A stretch of 64,000 nucleotides of DNA from Burkholderiales bacterium PBB2 (GCA_002255955.1 NKIM01000006.1:84537-148536), one strand, 5' to 3'; counted from the stretch's first letter, positions 1 to 10,999 are shown. Notes: a model not told the origin generated them from the letters alone. A program made the numbers and translations.

Positions 1-360
1 ATCGCGGGTGCGCAGGGACAGCATGCCCGGCGTGTCTTCGAATTCATAGGGCAGCTGGCCGCGCTCGGCCACATCCGCCAGGCCCCGGCCCATGAAACGC
101 TTGACCGAGACAATGGTGTTGACCGGGTCCTCGGCTTGCGCGGCCAGCGCCGCGGCACCGATCTGGCGGCGGCCTTCTTCCAGGTAGCGCACGGCCGAGG
201 GCAGGATCACCTGACCCTGTTCATCGGGCAAGCACTCGGCCACACCGTGACGCACAGCGGCCACCAGAGAGTGGGTGGTGCCCAGGTCAATGCCCACCGC
301 GATGCGACGCTCGTGCGGATTGGGCGACTGGCCCGGTTCGGAAATTTGCAGCAAAGCCAT
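1..360 (-). CDS. hscA: Fe-S cluster chaperone HscA (Hsp70 family), N-terminal part; gene continues past the left window edge
   Basis: Reverse-complement translation from ATG at 358-360 gives [39 protein letters not shown]..., with the Hsp70 GIDLGTT phosphate-1 motif. It lies directly downstream of hscB in isc operon order. Confidence 0.85.
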   Translation of the reverse strand, partial: MALLQISEPGQSPNPHERRIAVGIDLGTTHSLVAAVRHGVAECLPDEQGQVILPSAVRYLEEGRRQIGAAALAAQAEDPVNTIVSVKRFMGRGLADVAERGQLPYEFEDTPGMLSLRTRD

Positions 361-363
361 GTC

Positions 364-906
364 TTATTGTCCTAGGGCTTCCAGGCGTCGATCGAGATCG
401 GAACGGAATCGGTGAATGAACATCAGCGCCCTCACCTGCTGGGCGGCGGCAGCGGTGGCGGCGGCCGTATCGGCGTCAGTGCCGGTGTCGGCATCGAGCA
501 GGCGCTGCACCTCGGCCAGCAGTTCACGCTCGCGCGTGGCCACCTCGGCATCCAACGCCTCCACTTCGGCCAGGCCTTGCGCCTCGTCCAGAGCCTCGCG
601 CCAGGCCATCTGTTCCATCAGGAAGGCCGTGGGCATACGGGTGTTCTCGTGGATCTGCAAGGGCACACCGCGCAGCTCACACAGATAGGCCGCGCGCTTG
701 AGCGGATCACGCAAGCGCTGATGCGCCTCGTTGACCCGCATGGCCCACTGCGCGCTCAGGCGCTGCGCCGCGGCACCTTGAGCCGCAAAACGGTCGGGGT
801 GGACCTGGGCCTGCAAGGCCTTCCAACTGGCATCGATGGCGGCGCGATCCTGGGTCTGCCGCTGCGGCAGGCCGAACAGGCTGAAGTCGTCGTCATCGAG
901 TTTCAT
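364..906 (-). CDS. hscB: Fe-S co-chaperone HscB (J-domain)
   Basis: Track ORF 364..1014, trimmed to the internal ATG (MKLDDDDFSLFGLP...). J-domain HPD motif (VHPDRF). Position between iscA and hscA. Confidence 0.85.
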   Translation of the reverse strand: MKLDDDDFSLFGLPQRQTQDRAAIDASWKALQAQVHPDRFAAQGAAAQRLSAQWAMRVNEAHQRLRDPLKRAAYLCELRGVPLQIHENTRMPTAFLMEQMAWREALDEAQGLAEVEALDAEVATRERELLAEVQRLLDADTGTDADTAAATAAAAQQVRALMFIHRFRSDLDRRLEALGQ

Positions 907-1037
907 GGAACAGGTCTCGGGCTTTTCGAATCTTGGGGCGGGCGCAAAGCTGATGCCACTCGGCTTCGGCCATGAAAAAAGCGCGGACCGACGCCGCGCC
1001 CTCCTGGCCTGCACCGCTCGCGCGGCGCAGCACTGTA

Positions 1038-1361
1038 TTACACGCGGAAGGACTCGCCGCAGCCGCAGCGGTCTTTCTCGCGCGGGTTGCGGAACTTGAA
1101 GCCCTCGTTCAGGCCCTCGCGGACAAAGTCCAGCTCGGTGCCGTCCAGATAAGGCAGGCTCTTGGGATCGATCAGGATCTTGATGCCATGGCCTTCGAAG
1201 ATCAGGTCCTCGGGGGCCACCTCGTCGGCGTACTCCAGCTTGTAGGCCAGGCCGGAGCAGCCGGTGGTCTTGACGCCCAGGCGCACGCCGACGCCGCGGC
1301 CGCGCTTGCTGATGTAGCGCGTCACATGGCGTGCGGCGGCTTCGGTCACGGTCACTGACAT
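1038..1361 (-). CDS. iscA: Iron-sulfur cluster assembly protein IscA
   Basis: 107 aa. A-type carrier signature C-x-G...C-G-C-G-E-S-F at the C-terminus. Operon position. Confidence 0.9.
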   Translation of the reverse strand: MSVTVTEAAARHVTRYISKRGRGVGVRLGVKTTGCSGLAYKLEYADEVAPEDLIFEGHGIKILIDPKSLPYLDGTELDFVREGLNEGFKFRNPREKDRCGCGESFRV

Positions 1362-1371
1362 GGCGCCGTCC

Positions 1372-1758
1372 TTACTGCGTGTGCTTGGCGCGGTAGTCGT
1401 CCACGGCCGCCTTGATGGCGTCCTCGGCCAGGATGGAGCAGTGGATCTTGACCGGCGGCAGGGCCAACTCTTCGGCGATCTGGGTGTTCTTGATGGCCAG
1501 GGCCTGATCCAGGCTCTTGCCTTTGACCCATTCGGTCACGAGCGAGCTCGAGGCGATGGCCGAGCCGCAGCCATAGGTCTTGAACTTCGCGTCTTCGATC
1601 AGCCCTGTGGCCGGGTTGACCTTGATCTGCAGCTTCATCACATCGCCGCAAGCCGGCGCACCGACCATGCCGGTGCCGACCGACTCGTCGCCCTTTTCGA
1701 AGGCGCCGACATTGCGCGGGTTTTCGTAGTGATCAACGACTTTTTCGCTGTATGCCAT
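1372..1758 (-). CDS. iscU: Fe-S cluster scaffold IscU
   Basis: 128 aa. MAYSEKVVDHYENPRNVG..., with conserved GAPACGDVM, YGCGSAIASSS and HCSILA motifs. Confidence 0.95.
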   Translation of the reverse strand: MAYSEKVVDHYENPRNVGAFEKGDESVGTGMVGAPACGDVMKLQIKVNPATGLIEDAKFKTYGCGSAIASSSLVTEWVKGKSLDQALAIKNTQIAEELALPPVKIHCSILAEDAIKAAVDDYRAKHTQ

Positions 1759-1856
1759 GATTTTTCTCCTAGCTGTTGGCGGGTCAACGTCTCATCGCAA
1801 GGCGCTGACCCAAGCCTGTTGCCGACTTCAATCGGCGGCGGGCTGTGATCGGTCGG

Positions 1857-3077
1857 TCAGTGGGCAGCCCACTGGATGGTGCTGAGGTCGATGCCGTCCT
1901 TGTACATATCCCACAGCGGCGAGAGCTCGCGCAGCTTGGCCACACGGTCCTTAAGGGTTGCGATCGCGTAATCGATTTCTTCCACGGTGGTGAAGCGGCC
2001 GATGGTCATGCGCAGAGAAGAATGCGCCAGCTCGTCGCTGCGGCCCAGGGCGCGCAAGACATAGCTCGGCTCCAGGCTGGCTGAAGTGCAGGCCGATCCG
2101 GATGAAAGCGCCAAGCCCTTGACACCCATGATCAGGGACTCGCCCTCCACATAGTTGAAGGACATGTTCAAGTTGTGCGGCACGCGGCGCTCCAGGTCGC
2201 CATTGACGAAGACCTGTTCGATGTCCTTGAGGCCATTCAGCAGACGCTGATGCAACATGCGGATGCGCTCGCCCTCAGCCGCCATCTCTTCCTTGGCGAT
2301 GCGATAAGCCTCGCCCATGCCCACGATCTGGTGTGTCGCCAAGGTTCCCGAGCGCATGCCGCGCTCCTGGCCACCGCCGTGCATCTGTGCCTCCAGGCGC
2401 ACGCGCGGCTTGCGACGCACGAACAGGGCACCAATGCCCTTGGGGCCATAGGTCTTGTGCGAAGCCAGGCTCATCAGATCGACCGGCAGCTCGGCCAGGT
2501 TGATCGCAATCTTGCCGGTGGCCTGAGCGGCGTCGACGTGGAAGATGATGCCGCGCTCGCGGCAGATGGCGCCGATGGCCGGGATGTCCTGGATCACGCC
2601 GATCTCGTTGCTGACATACAGCACCGAAGCCAGGATGGTGTCCGGGCGGATCGCCGCTTTGAAGGCCTCGATGTCCAGCAAGCCATCGGCCTGCACATCC
2701 AGGTAAGTGACTTCAAAACCTTGGCGCTCCAGCTCGCGGCAGGTATCCAGCACCGCCTTGTGCTCGGTCTTGAGCGTGATGATGTGCTTACCGCGGGTCT
2801 TGTAGAACTGGGCCGCACCCTTGATGGCCAGGTTGATGGACTCGGTCGCACCCGAGGTCCAGACGATTTCGCGCGGGTCCGCACCGATCAGGGCGGCCAC
2901 CTGCTCGCGCGATTTCTCAACCACGGCCTCCGCCTCCCAACCCCAGGCGTGGCTGCGCGACGCAGGGTTGCCGAAATGCTCGCTGAGCCAGGGCACCATG
3001 GCGCTGACCACACGAGGATCCACCGGGGTGGTGGCGCCGTAGTCGAGATAGATGGGGAAATGCGGGGTCATGTCCAT
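1857..3077 (-). CDS. iscS: Cysteine desulfurase IscS
   Basis: Track ORF 1857..3143, trimmed to the ATG at 3075-3077 ([23 protein letters not shown]). PLP lysine context SHKTYGPKG and active-site SSGSACTS. A purine-rich AAAGAG stretch lies upstream. Confidence 0.95.
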   Translation of the reverse strand: MDMTPHFPIYLDYGATTPVDPRVVSAMVPWLSEHFGNPASRSHAWGWEAEAVVEKSREQVAALIGADPREIVWTSGATESINLAIKGAAQFYKTRGKHIITLKTEHKAVLDTCRELERQGFEVTYLDVQADGLLDIEAFKAAIRPDTILASVLYVSNEIGVIQDIPAIGAICRERGIIFHVDAAQATGKIAINLAELPVDLMSLASHKTYGPKGIGALFVRRKPRVRLEAQMHGGGQERGMRSGTLATHQIVGMGEAYRIAKEEMAAEGERIRMLHQRLLNGLKDIEQVFVNGDLERRVPHNLNMSFNYVEGESLIMGVKGLALSSGSACTSASLEPSYVLRALGRSDELAHSSLRMTIGRFTTVEEIDYAIATLKDRVAKLRELSPLWDMYKDGIDLSTIQWAAH

Positions 3078-3179
3078 GTTCGAGAAATGCTCTTTTTGTT
3101 CTGACTTTTGTTCCGACTGGCTCCGCCAGCTGAGCAGGCCCAAAGCGCCTGCCCTGCTGGCGTGGTCGCGGATGGCGGC

Positions 3180-3713
3180 TTACTTGGTGAAGGCGTTGCC
3201 CAAGGCAAAAACCGAATTGGGCGCAGTGATGCGGATGGGTTTGACCACCGGCGTGGAGGAAATCGCGCGCTTCATCGGCGACTCCTCGATGGTCACGCCC
3301 TTGGCCAGTTGGTCTTCCACCAGCTTGCGCAGGGAGACCGAATCGAGGTATTCGATCATCTTGGCATTCAGGCTGGTCCAGAGCTCGTGCGTGATGCAGC
3401 GGCCGGTGTCCTCGCCCATGCAGTTTTCCTTGCCGCCGCAGCCGGTGGCATCGATGGGCTCGTCCACGGCCACGATGATGTCGGCCACGGTGATTTCGCT
3501 GGATTTGCGGCCCAGCGAATAACCGCCGCCCGGCCCGCGGGTGCTTTCCACCAGCTCGTGCCGGCGCAGCTTGCCAAACAGCTGCTCTAGGTAGGACAGC
3601 GAAATCTGCTGCCGTTGGCTGATGGCCGCCAAGGCGACCGGGCCACCGTTTTCACGCAAGGCCAGATCGATCATTGCCGTGACGGCAAAGCGACCTTTGG
3701 TGGTGAGACGCAT
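3180..3713 (-). CDS. iscR: Fe-S cluster regulator IscR (Rrf2 family)
   Basis: Trimmed to the ATG at 3711-3713, which is preceded by AAGGAGA. MRLTTKGRFAVTAMIDLAL... Rrf2 HTH, and three Cys (C-x5-C-x5-C region: CGGKENCMGEDTGRC). Confidence 0.9.
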   Translation of the reverse strand: MRLTTKGRFAVTAMIDLALRENGGPVALAAISQRQQISLSYLEQLFGKLRRHELVESTRGPGGGYSLGRKSSEITVADIIVAVDEPIDATGCGGKENCMGEDTGRCITHELWTSLNAKMIEYLDSVSLRKLVEDQLAKGVTIEESPMKRAISSTPVVKPIRITAPNSVFALGNAFTK

Positions 3714-3836
3714 CACACTCTCCTTTTGCCCGAACTCATGTCCGAAAGACCCAGGGCAACCACGGCATAAAGCGCCGACAGCTGCCACCTCGATCCGGGC
3801 GCCCTCGGCCGAAGCCTGAAGGGTTAACCCGGGTCT

Positions 3837-3861
3837 ATTTCCGACAATTTTACTCAATTAC
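3837..3861. promoter_or_regulatory. Putative IscR type-1 operator upstream of iscR
   Basis: ATTTCCGACAATTTTACTCAATTAC matches about 18 of 25 positions of the published type-1 IscR consensus ATASYYGACTRWWWYAGTCRRSTAT. It lies about 125-150 nt upstream of the iscR start codon. Confidence 0.4.
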
Positions 3862-3881
3862 TGAGCGCTTTGCTGGAGGCG

Positions 3882-3902
3882 GGCAAAACCGCAGGTTTTG
3901 CC
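3882..3902 (-). terminator. Hairpin downstream of uvrB (GGCAAAACC-GCA-GGTTTTGCC)
   Basis: Perfect 9-bp stem with a 3-nt loop, about 45 nt after the uvrB stop. No clear U-tract, so the terminator call is tentative. Confidence 0.35.
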
Positions 3903-3944
3903 AGGGCTTCAGGCAGACTGAGGCCGCGAGCGAAGCCGGCTGCG

Positions 3945-6038
3945 TCAGGCGATATTGTCGTGCACCACGGCACCGAAAGCCTGCTCGCGCAGCTGGGCCA
4001 GCTGATCGCGCACGCGCGCCGCCTTTTCGAATTCCAGATTGCGCGCATGCTCGAGCATCTGCTTTTCCAGCAAGGCGATGCGCTTGCTGAGGTCCTTCTC
4101 AGACATCTGCTCCACCTCAGCCACCTGCAGCAGCTTTTGATCGTCGCGACCGCTCTTTTCCGAGTACACGCCGTCGATCAAATCCTTGATGCGCTTGTTG
4201 ATGCTGCGCGGCGTGATGCCATGGGCCTCGTTGAAGGCCAGCTGCTTGCTGCGGCGGCGCTCAGTTTCGCCCATGGCCTTGCGCATGGACTCAGTGACCC
4301 GATCGGCATACAGAATCGCCTTGCCGTTGAGATTGCGGGCGGCCCGACCGATGGTCTGGATCAAGCTGCGCTCCGAGCGCAAGAAGCCTTCCTTGTCGGC
4401 ATCCAGGATGGCCACCAGGCTGACCTCGGGGATGTCCAGGCCTTCGCGCAGCAGGTTGATGCCCACCAGCACATCGAACGCGCCCAAGCGCAAATCGCGC
4501 AGGATCTCCACCCGCTCCACCGTGTCCACATCGCTGTGCAGGTAACGCACCTTCACACCGTTGTCGGCCAGGTAGTCGGTCAGCTGCTCGGCCATCTTCT
4601 TGGTCAGCGTGGTGATCAGCACCCGCTCGTGGATGTCGACACGGATGCGGATTTCCTGCAGCACATCGTCCACCTGGTGGGTGGCCGGGCGCACCTCGAC
4701 GATGGGATCAACCAAGCCGGTCGGGCGCACCACCTGCTCGACCACCTGGCCAGCGTTCTGCTGCTCATAGGCCGCCGGCGTGGCCGAGACGAACACGGCC
4801 TGGCGCATCTTGCGCTCGAACTCATCGAACTTGAGCGGCCGGTTGTCCAGGGCCGAAGGCAGGCGGAAGCCATACTCCACCAGCGTGGTCTTGCGCGCCC
4901 GGTCGCCGTTGTACATGCCGCCGAACTGGCCGATCAGCACATGGCTTTCGTCCAGAAACATCAGGGCATCGCTGGGCAGGTAGTCCACCAGGGTAGGCGG
5001 CGGCTCGCCCGGCGCGGCACCGGACAAATGCCGCGTGTAGTTTTCGATCCCCTTGCAGTGCCCCACCTCCTGCAGCATTTCCAGGTCGAAACGGGTGCGC
5101 TGCTCCAGGCGTTGCGCCTCGACCAGCTTGCCTTCCTTGACGAAGAAACCCAGGCGCTCGCGCAGCTCCTCCTTGATGGTCTCCATCGCGCCCAGCACTT
5201 TCTCGCGCGGCGTGACGTAATGGCTGCTCGGGTAGACGGTGAAGCGAGGAATCTTCTGGCGAATCTTTCCGGTCAGCGGATCGAAGAGCTGCAGGGTCTC
5301 GATTTCGTCATCGAAGAGCTCAATGCGCAGGGCCAGCTCCGAATGCTCGGCCGGGAAAACATCGATGGTGTCGCCGCGCACGCGGAAGGCGCCACGTGTG
5401 AATTCCAGCTCGTTGCGGGTGTACTGCATGCGGATCAGTTGGGCGATCACATCGCGCTGACCCAGCTTGTCGCCGTTGCGCAGGGTCATCACCATCTGGT
5501 GGTAGTCGCTGGGGTTGCCGATGCCGTAAATGGCCGACACCGAGGCGACGATGACCACATCACGCCGCTCCATCAGGCTCTTGGTGGCCGAGAGACGCAG
5601 TTGCTCGATGTGTTCGTTGATGGCGCTGTCCTTCTCGATGAACAGGTCGCGCTGCGGCACATAGGCTTCGGGCTGGTAGTAGTCGTAGTAGCTGACGAAG
5701 TACTCGACCGCATTATTCGGAAAGAAATCGCGGAACTCGCTGTAGAGCTGGGCCGCGAGGGTTTTGTTAGGGGCAAAGATGATGGCCGGCCGCCCCAGGC
5801 GGGCGATCACATTGGCCATGGTGAAGGTCTTGCCCGAACCGGTCACGCCCAGCAGGGTCTGGTAGCTCAGGCCGTCATTGATGCCCTCTACCAGCTGCGC
5901 AATCGCCGTGGGCTGGTCTCCGGCCGGCGGAAAGGGCTGAAACAGCTGGAACGGCGAGCCTTCGAAAGACACGAACCCACCCTTGGGCGCTTGCGCAGCA
6001 TCGAGGGCGTTGTCAGTGAGGCTGTCTGAATCTTGCAT
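3945..6038 (-). CDS. uvrB: Excinuclease ABC subunit B
   Basis: Trimmed to [10 protein letters not shown].... Motifs: Walker A GVTGSGKT, helicase motifs, and C-terminal UVR domain ([13 protein letters not shown]). Confidence 0.95.
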   Translation of the reverse strand: MQDSDSLTDNALDAAQAPKGGFVSFEGSPFQLFQPFPPAGDQPTAIAQLVEGINDGLSYQTLLGVTGSGKTFTMANVIARLGRPAIIFAPNKTLAAQLYSEFRDFFPNNAVEYFVSYYDYYQPEAYVPQRDLFIEKDSAINEHIEQLRLSATKSLMERRDVVIVASVSAIYGIGNPSDYHQMVMTLRNGDKLGQRDVIAQLIRMQYTRNELEFTRGAFRVRGDTIDVFPAEHSELALRIELFDDEIETLQLFDPLTGKIRQKIPRFTVYPSSHYVTPREKVLGAMETIKEELRERLGFFVKEGKLVEAQRLEQRTRFDLEMLQEVGHCKGIENYTRHLSGAAPGEPPPTLVDYLPSDALMFLDESHVLIGQFGGMYNGDRARKTTLVEYGFRLPSALDNRPLKFDEFERKMRQAVFVSATPAAYEQQNAGQVVEQVVRPTGLVDPIVEVRPATHQVDDVLQEIRIRVDIHERVLITTLTKKMAEQLTDYLADNGVKVRYLHSDVDTVERVEILRDLRLGAFDVLVGINLLREGLDIPEVSLVAILDADKEGFLRSERSLIQTIGRAARNLNGKAILYADRVTESMRKAMGETERRRSKQLAFNEAHGITPRSINKRIKDLIDGVYSEKSGRDDQKLLQVAEVEQMSEKDLSKRIALLEKQMLEHARNLEFEKAARVRDQLAQLREQAFGAVVHDNIA

Positions 6039-6217
6039 GGGTGGGGACCGGGTCGGGAGAGAAAAGCAAGGGGCGCAGGCGCCGAGTACCGAGGGTTTGC
6101 CCACCTAAAATCGCAAGGCTGGGCAACCCGCAAGGGTAGCGCAGGCCGAGCCGCGCCGCAGCAAGCCCCAGCAAACGCGCCCGTTTGTTCATGCCACCGT
6201 CCTGTCAGGAAGCTTCC

Positions 6218-7420
6218 ATGTCCTTGTTTGCCGCCGTCGAAATGGCCCCCCGTGACCCCATCCTGGGCCTCAACGAACAATTCAATGCCGATCCGAATCC
6301 GGCCAAAGTGAACCTGGGTGTCGGTGTCTACTTCGACGAAAACGGCAAGCTGCCCCTGTTGAAATGCGTGGCCGAGGCAGAGCGCGCCATGCTGGCCGAC
6401 CCCAAGGCCCGCGGCTACCTGCCCATCGACGGCATCGCGGCCTACGACAAGGCCGTGCAAGGCCTGGTCTTCGGCGCCGACAACGCCGTGCTGGCCGACA
6501 AGCGCGTGGCCACCGTGCAAGCCATTGGCGGCACCGGCGGCCTCAAGATCGGCGCCGATTTCCTCAAGCGCCTGAACCCCGGCGCCCGCGTGCTGATCTC
6601 CGACCCATCCTGGGAAAACCACCGCGCCTTGTTCACGAACGCCGGCTTCCAGGTCGAGACCTACCCCTACTTCGACGCCGCCAATCTGGGCATCAACTTT
6701 GAGGGCATGCTGGCCGCGCTGAACAGCGCCGCAGCCGGCACGGTCGTCGTGCTGCACGCCTGCTGCCACAACCCCACCGGCTACGACCTGAGCCCGGCCC
6801 AGTGGAGCCAGGTGGTCGAGGTGGTGAAGGCCCGCGGCCTGGTCGCTTTCCTGGACATGGCCTACCAAGGCTTTGGCGAGGGCATTGCCGAAGACGGCGC
6901 CGTCATCCAGCAGTTCCTGGCTTCCGGCCTGGATTTCTTTGTCTCGACCAGTTTTTCCAAGAGCTTCTCGCTCTACGGCGAGCGCGTCGGTGCGCTGAGC
7001 GTGGTCTGCGCGTCGGGCGAAGAAGCCGGCCGCGTGCTGAGCCAACTCAAGATTGTCATCCGCACCAACTACTCCAATCCGCCGACGCATGGCGCCCAGG
7101 TGGTGGCCACCGTGCTGTCCAGCCCGGCCCTGCGTGCCCTGTGGGAAGAAGAACTGGCCGGCATGCGCCTGCGCATCCGCGCCATGCGCTCGGCCCTGGT
7201 CAGCGCCTTGCAGGCTGCTGGCATCAGCCAGGACTTGAGCTTTGTCACCCGACAAAAGGGGATGTTCAGCTACTCGGGCCTTAGCGCTGCTCAAATGCAG
7301 CGCCTGCGCAGCGAGTTCGGCATTTACGGCGTGGATTCGGGCCGCATCTGCGTGGCCGCGCTGAACGAGAAGAACCTGCCGGCCGTGGCCGCGGCCATGG
7401 CGGCGGTGCTGCGCGGCTGA
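6218..7420 (+). CDS. Class I aspartate/aromatic amino acid aminotransferase (AspC/TyrB-like)
   Basis: MSLFAAVEMAPRDPILGLNEQFNADPNP.... PLP lysine motif SFSKSFSLYGERVG; NPTG and SNPP motifs. CAGGAAG RBS upstream. Confidence 0.85.
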   Translation: MSLFAAVEMAPRDPILGLNEQFNADPNPAKVNLGVGVYFDENGKLPLLKCVAEAERAMLADPKARGYLPIDGIAAYDKAVQGLVFGADNAVLADKRVATVQAIGGTGGLKIGADFLKRLNPGARVLISDPSWENHRALFTNAGFQVETYPYFDAANLGINFEGMLAALNSAAAGTVVVLHACCHNPTGYDLSPAQWSQVVEVVKARGLVAFLDMAYQGFGEGIAEDGAVIQQFLASGLDFFVSTSFSKSFSLYGERVGALSVVCASGEEAGRVLSQLKIVIRTNYSNPPTHGAQVVATVLSSPALRALWEEELAGMRLRIRAMRSALVSALQAAGISQDLSFVTRQKGMFSYSGLSAAQMQRLRSEFGIYGVDSGRICVAALNEKNLPAVAAAMAAVLRG

Positions 7421-7445
7421 GGCCCGGATCTCAGGCAAGACGCTC

Positions 7446-7474
7446 GCAGGATGCCCCGTTTTCGGGCGTCCTGC
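7446..7474 (+). terminator. Rho-independent-type terminator after the aminotransferase gene
   Basis: GCAGGATGCCC-cgttttc-GGGCGTCCTGC, an 11-bp stem with one G-U pair, followed by a T-containing tract. Confidence 0.6.
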
Positions 7475-7662
7475 GCACAATTTCGGGTTTGTTCGCTGCG
7501 AGCTGACACGCTTTTCACCGCTAATAGCCGACCATGCCGCTGTGGCGTGCGCGGTAAAATGCTGCACTGCACAAAAAATTTCAGGCAAGATCGAGCTTCA
7601 GCAACCCAGCGCAGCCCCGCCCTCCCCCGCGATGCTGTGCGCCATGACCCCGAGGCCCACCC

Positions 7663-8982
7663 ATGCTGTACCAGCTTTTTGAAACCCAGCGCGCGCTGAT
7701 GAGCCCGTTCTCGGAGTTCGCCGCCGCCTCCGCCAAGCTTTACAGCCACCCGCTGTCGCCGTTCGCGCACACGCCCATGGCGCAACGGGTGTCGGCCGGC
7801 CTCGACCTGATGCACCGCCTGGCCAAGGATTACGAAAAGCCGGAGTTCGACATCCGCAGCGTCGAGGTCAGCGGGACCGAGGTGGCGGTGCAGGAGCTGG
7901 TACCCATCACCAAGCCCTTCTGCCGCCTGCTGCGTTTCAAGCGCTACACAGACAATCTGCAGGTGCTGACTGAGATGAAGGACCAGCCCACCGTGCTGGT
8001 CGTGGCGCCGCTCTCGGGCCATCACAGCACCTTGCTGCGAGACACCGTCAAGCAGCTGCTGAAAGAGCACAAGGTCTACATCACCGACTGGACCGATGCA
8101 CGCATGGTCTCGCTGGAGGAAGGCCCCTTCCACCTCGACGACTACATCGCCTACGTGCAGGAGTTCATCCGCCACCTGGGCCCCGATTGCCATGTGATCT
8201 CGGTCTGCCAGCCCACCGTGCCGGTATTGGCGGCCATCTCCCTGATGGCCAGCAATGGCGAAACCACGCCGCGCAGCATGACCATGATGGGCGGCCCCAT
8301 CGACGCCCGCAAGAGCCCCACCGCCGTCAACAACTTGGCCATGAACCGCAGCTTCAGCTGGTTCGAATCGAACGTGATTTATCGCGTGCCGACCAATTTC
8401 CCTGGTGCCGGCCGCGCCGTCTACCCGGGCTTCCTGCAGCACACCGGCTTTGTGGCCATGAACCCGGACCGCCACCTGAGCTCGCACTACGACTATTTCC
8501 TGGACCTCGTCCGTGGCGACGATGATGGCGCGGATTCGCATCGCAAGTTCTACGACGAGTACAACGCCGTGCTGGACATGCCGGCCGAGTACTACCTGGA
8601 CACCATCAAAACCGTGTTCCAGGATTTCGCCCTGGTCAACGGCACCTGGAAGGTCAACGGGCAGTTCGTGCGCCCCCAGGACATTCAAGGCACCGCCTTG
8701 CTGACCGTGGAAGGCGAGCTGGACGACATCTCCGGTGCCGGCCAGACCCGCGCCGCCCATGCCCTGTGCGCCGGCATCCCGCCCGAGCACCAGTACCACT
8801 ACGACGCCATCGGCGCCGGCCACTACGGCATCTTCTCCGGCCGCCGCTGGCGCGAGAAGGTCTACCCCGAGGTGCGCAACTTCATCGCCAAATACGACCA
8901 CGGTGAAGCCGCCGCCGAAGCGCAAGCCCAGGCCACCGTTAGCAAGGCGCGCAAGCCCCGAGAAAGCCGCGCCAAACCTTGA
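7663..8982 (+). CDS. phaZ: Intracellular polyhydroxyalkanoate (PHB) depolymerase PhaZ
   Basis: N-terminus [16 protein letters not shown]...PLSPFAHTP...[10 protein letters not shown] resembles intracellular PhaZ1-type depolymerases. 439 aa. Confidence 0.8.
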   Translation: MLYQLFETQRALMSPFSEFAAASAKLYSHPLSPFAHTPMAQRVSAGLDLMHRLAKDYEKPEFDIRSVEVSGTEVAVQELVPITKPFCRLLRFKRYTDNLQVLTEMKDQPTVLVVAPLSGHHSTLLRDTVKQLLKEHKVYITDWTDARMVSLEEGPFHLDDYIAYVQEFIRHLGPDCHVISVCQPTVPVLAAISLMASNGETTPRSMTMMGGPIDARKSPTAVNNLAMNRSFSWFESNVIYRVPTNFPGAGRAVYPGFLQHTGFVAMNPDRHLSSHYDYFLDLVRGDDDGADSHRKFYDEYNAVLDMPAEYYLDTIKTVFQDFALVNGTWKVNGQFVRPQDIQGTALLTVEGELDDISGAGQTRAAHALCAGIPPEHQYHYDAIGAGHYGIFSGRRWREKVYPEVRNFIAKYDHGEAAAEAQAQATVSKARKPRESRAKP

Positions 8983-9668
8983 GCCTGATCGAGAAGACCG
9001 AGGCCAGCACCCGGCTGGCCGAGCTAACGGCGCGCATCGACGCTGCCCTGCCCCAGACCCAGTGCACTCGCTGCGGCTATGTGGACTGCCGCGCCTACGC
9101 CGAGGCCGTGGCCCACGGCGACGCCGGCATCAACCAATGCCCGCCCGGCGGCAGCGAGGGCGTGGCGCGCTTGGCCGCCCTGACCGGCCGCCCCGTGCTG
9201 CCCTTGAGCGCCGAGCATGGCCAGGAGGGGCCGCGAGCGCTGGCCGTGATCGACGAAGCCTGGTGCATTGGCTGCACGCTGTGCATCAAGGCCTGCCCGG
9301 TCGATTGCATCGTCGGCGCACCCAAGCAGATGCACCTGATCGTGGCCGAGCAATGCACAGGCTGCGAACTCTGCGTGCCAGCCTGCCCGGTGGATTGCAT
9401 TTCCATGCGCCCGGTCACGGGTGAGCAGACCGGCTGGTCGGCCTGGAGCCCGGCGCAAGCCGATGCCGCGCGGGATCGCTACGGCTTTCACCAGTTCAAG
9501 GCCGAGCGCGAGCTGCGCGACAACGCCGCCCGCCTGCAAGCCAAGGCCGAAGCCAAGCTGGCCGATCTGGCCGCCGCCTCCAAGCTGACCGCACCCGATG
9601 ATCTTGAGCGCAAGCGCGCCGTGATCCAGGCCGCCCTGGCCCGTGCGCGAGCGCAACGCCAAAGCTGA
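8979..9668 (+). CDS. RnfB/RsxB-like ferredoxin (4Fe-4S dicluster)
   Basis: TTG start overlapping the phaZ stop. N-terminal Cys cluster CTRCGYVDC...QCPPGG, and two CxxCxxCxxxCP motifs ([24 protein letters not shown]). Sits upstream of nth, as in many proteobacteria. Confidence 0.8.
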   Translation: MSLIEKTEASTRLAELTARIDAALPQTQCTRCGYVDCRAYAEAVAHGDAGINQCPPGGSEGVARLAALTGRPVLPLSAEHGQEGPRALAVIDEAWCIGCTLCIKACPVDCIVGAPKQMHLIVAEQCTGCELCVPACPVDCISMRPVTGEQTGWSAWSPAQADAARDRYGFHQFKAERELRDNAARLQAKAEAKLADLAAASKLTAPDDLERKRAVIQAALARARAQRQS

Positions 9669-9713
9669 ACCAGGCTCGGCTGCGAGGCCGAGCCACGGGC
9701 ACAATCGCGCCCC

Positions 9714-10385
9714 ATGAACGCGCAACAGATCCACGGTTTTTTCTCCACGCTGCGCGCCGCCAACCCCAGCCCGCAGACCGAGCTGGAGTACAGCAGCGTG
9801 TTCGAGCTGCTGGCGGCGGTGCTGCTCTCGGCCCAGGCCACCGATGTCGGCGTCAACAAGGCCACGCGGCGCCTGTTCCCGGTGGCCAACACGCCGCAGA
9901 AGATCCTGGCCCTGGGCGAAGACGGCCTGAGCGAGTACATCCGCACCATCGGCCTGTACCGCAGCAAGGCGCGGCACCTGATCGCCACCTGCCAGATCCT
10001 GGTCGAACAACATGACGGCCAGGTTCCACGCACCCGCGAGGCACTGGAAGCCCTGCCCGGCGTCGGCCGCAAGACCGCCAATGTGGTGCTCAACGTCGCC
10101 TTCGGCGAGCCGACCATGGCGGTGGACACGCATTTGTTCCGCCTCGGCAACCGCACCGGCCTCGCGCCCGGCAAGACACCGCTGGCGGTGGAGCAAGGCC
10201 TGCTCAAGCGCATTCCCGAGGAGTTTCTGGTCGATGCGCACCACTGGCTGATCCTGCATGGCCGCTACGTCTGCAAGGCCCGCGCGCCCATGTGTGAGAG
10301 CTGCAGCGTCGCTACATTTTGTGACGAGGGCCGCCGCCTACAATCCCGGCTTGCCAGAGTAGGAACTGTTCCGAAAAAGCCCTAG
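9714..10385 (+). CDS. nth: Endonuclease III
   Basis: HhH-GPD motif (LPGVGRKTANVVL...VDTH) and the Fe-S Cys ligands CKARAPMCESCSVATFC. Confidence 0.95.
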   Translation: MNAQQIHGFFSTLRAANPSPQTELEYSSVFELLAAVLLSAQATDVGVNKATRRLFPVANTPQKILALGEDGLSEYIRTIGLYRSKARHLIATCQILVEQHDGQVPRTREALEALPGVGRKTANVVLNVAFGEPTMAVDTHLFRLGNRTGLAPGKTPLAVEQGLLKRIPEEFLVDAHHWLILHGRYVCKARAPMCESCSVATFCDEGRRLQSRLARVGTVPKKP

Positions 10386-10401
10386 GGAGCCACGGGAAAC
10401 C

Positions 10402-10617
10402 ATGCCAAGCCTCAACGACTTGATCGACCGCGTCGAGCGGTTGCTGTTGCGCCACGAAGAGTTGAAGCGCACCAATGCGCTGCTTCAGGAGCAGGTTCAG
10501 GCGCTGAGCCAGGAGCGCGACAGCCAGCGCTCGCGCCTGAATGCCGCGCGTGCGCGCATCGATGCCTTGCTGGAACGCCTGCCCGTCGAAAGTGAATCCG
10601 GAAAGAATAGTCCATGA
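10402..10617 (+). CDS. Small coiled-coil protein (ZapB-like / TIGR02449-type) preceding zapA
   Basis: 71 aa, heptad-rich (LLLRHEELKRTNALLQEQVQALSQE...). Its stop overlaps the zapA start. This position upstream of zapA and 6S RNA is conserved. Confidence 0.6.
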   Translation: MPSLNDLIDRVERLLLRHEELKRTNALLQEQVQALSQERDSQRSRLNAARARIDALLERLPVESESGKNSP

Positions 10618-10937
10618 AACAAATGGAAGTGACCATCATGGGGCAGAGTTATCTGCTGGGCTGCCCCGAGGGTGGAGAAGCGGCGCTGAGCAAGGCCGTC
10701 AGCCAGGTCGACAAGGAAATGAGCGCCATCCGTGACGCCGGCCGCGTCAAGGCGCGCGAACGCATCGCCGTGCTGGCGGCGCTGAACCTGGCCTATCAAC
10801 TGGTAGAGGAGAAGCCGGCCAGTGCGCCGGCTGCGCGCAGCGCGGTCACCGCGTCCAACGGCGCCGACCTGCCCGATCTCGATGGTCTGATTCGCCGCCT
10901 CGATGAAGCCCTGGGCCACGACGGACAATTGCTCTGA
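10614..10937 (+). CDS. zapA: Cell division protein ZapA
   Basis: 107 aa. MKQMEVTIMGQSYLLGCPEGGEAAL...AVLAALNLAYQL is typical of ZapA. 6S RNA follows. Confidence 0.85.
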   Translation: MKQMEVTIMGQSYLLGCPEGGEAALSKAVSQVDKEMSAIRDAGRVKARERIAVLAALNLAYQLVEEKPASAPAARSAVTASNGADLPDLDGLIRRLDEALGHDGQLL

Positions 10938-10999
10938 ACTCCGTCGGCAAGCAGCCGGCTCGCCGTAGAATGCAAGCGTCCATCGCATTCGCGTGAGCT

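Noticed and set aside
3870-6029. 719-aa ORF on the plus strand, the same length as uvrB.
   Set aside because: It is exactly antisense to uvrB. The translation is Ala/Arg/Gly/His/Leu-rich with no motifs, which is a typical shadow ORF in high-GC DNA. uvrB on the minus strand has all the helicase and UVR motifs.
6039-6217. Looked for a LexA/SOS box (CTGT-N8-ACAG type) upstream of uvrB.
   Set aside because: Only a lone CTGT (in cctgtcagg) with no matching ACAG half-site at the right spacing. No SOS box can be supported.
7555-7585. TAAAAT followed by the TGC-rich GCTGCACTGCAC upstream of phaZ, as a possible promoter with a PhaR-type operator.
   Set aside because: There is no acceptable -35 element at 16-18 nt, and the match to reported TGC-rich PhaR sites is a single imperfect half-palindrome. 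Too weak to call.
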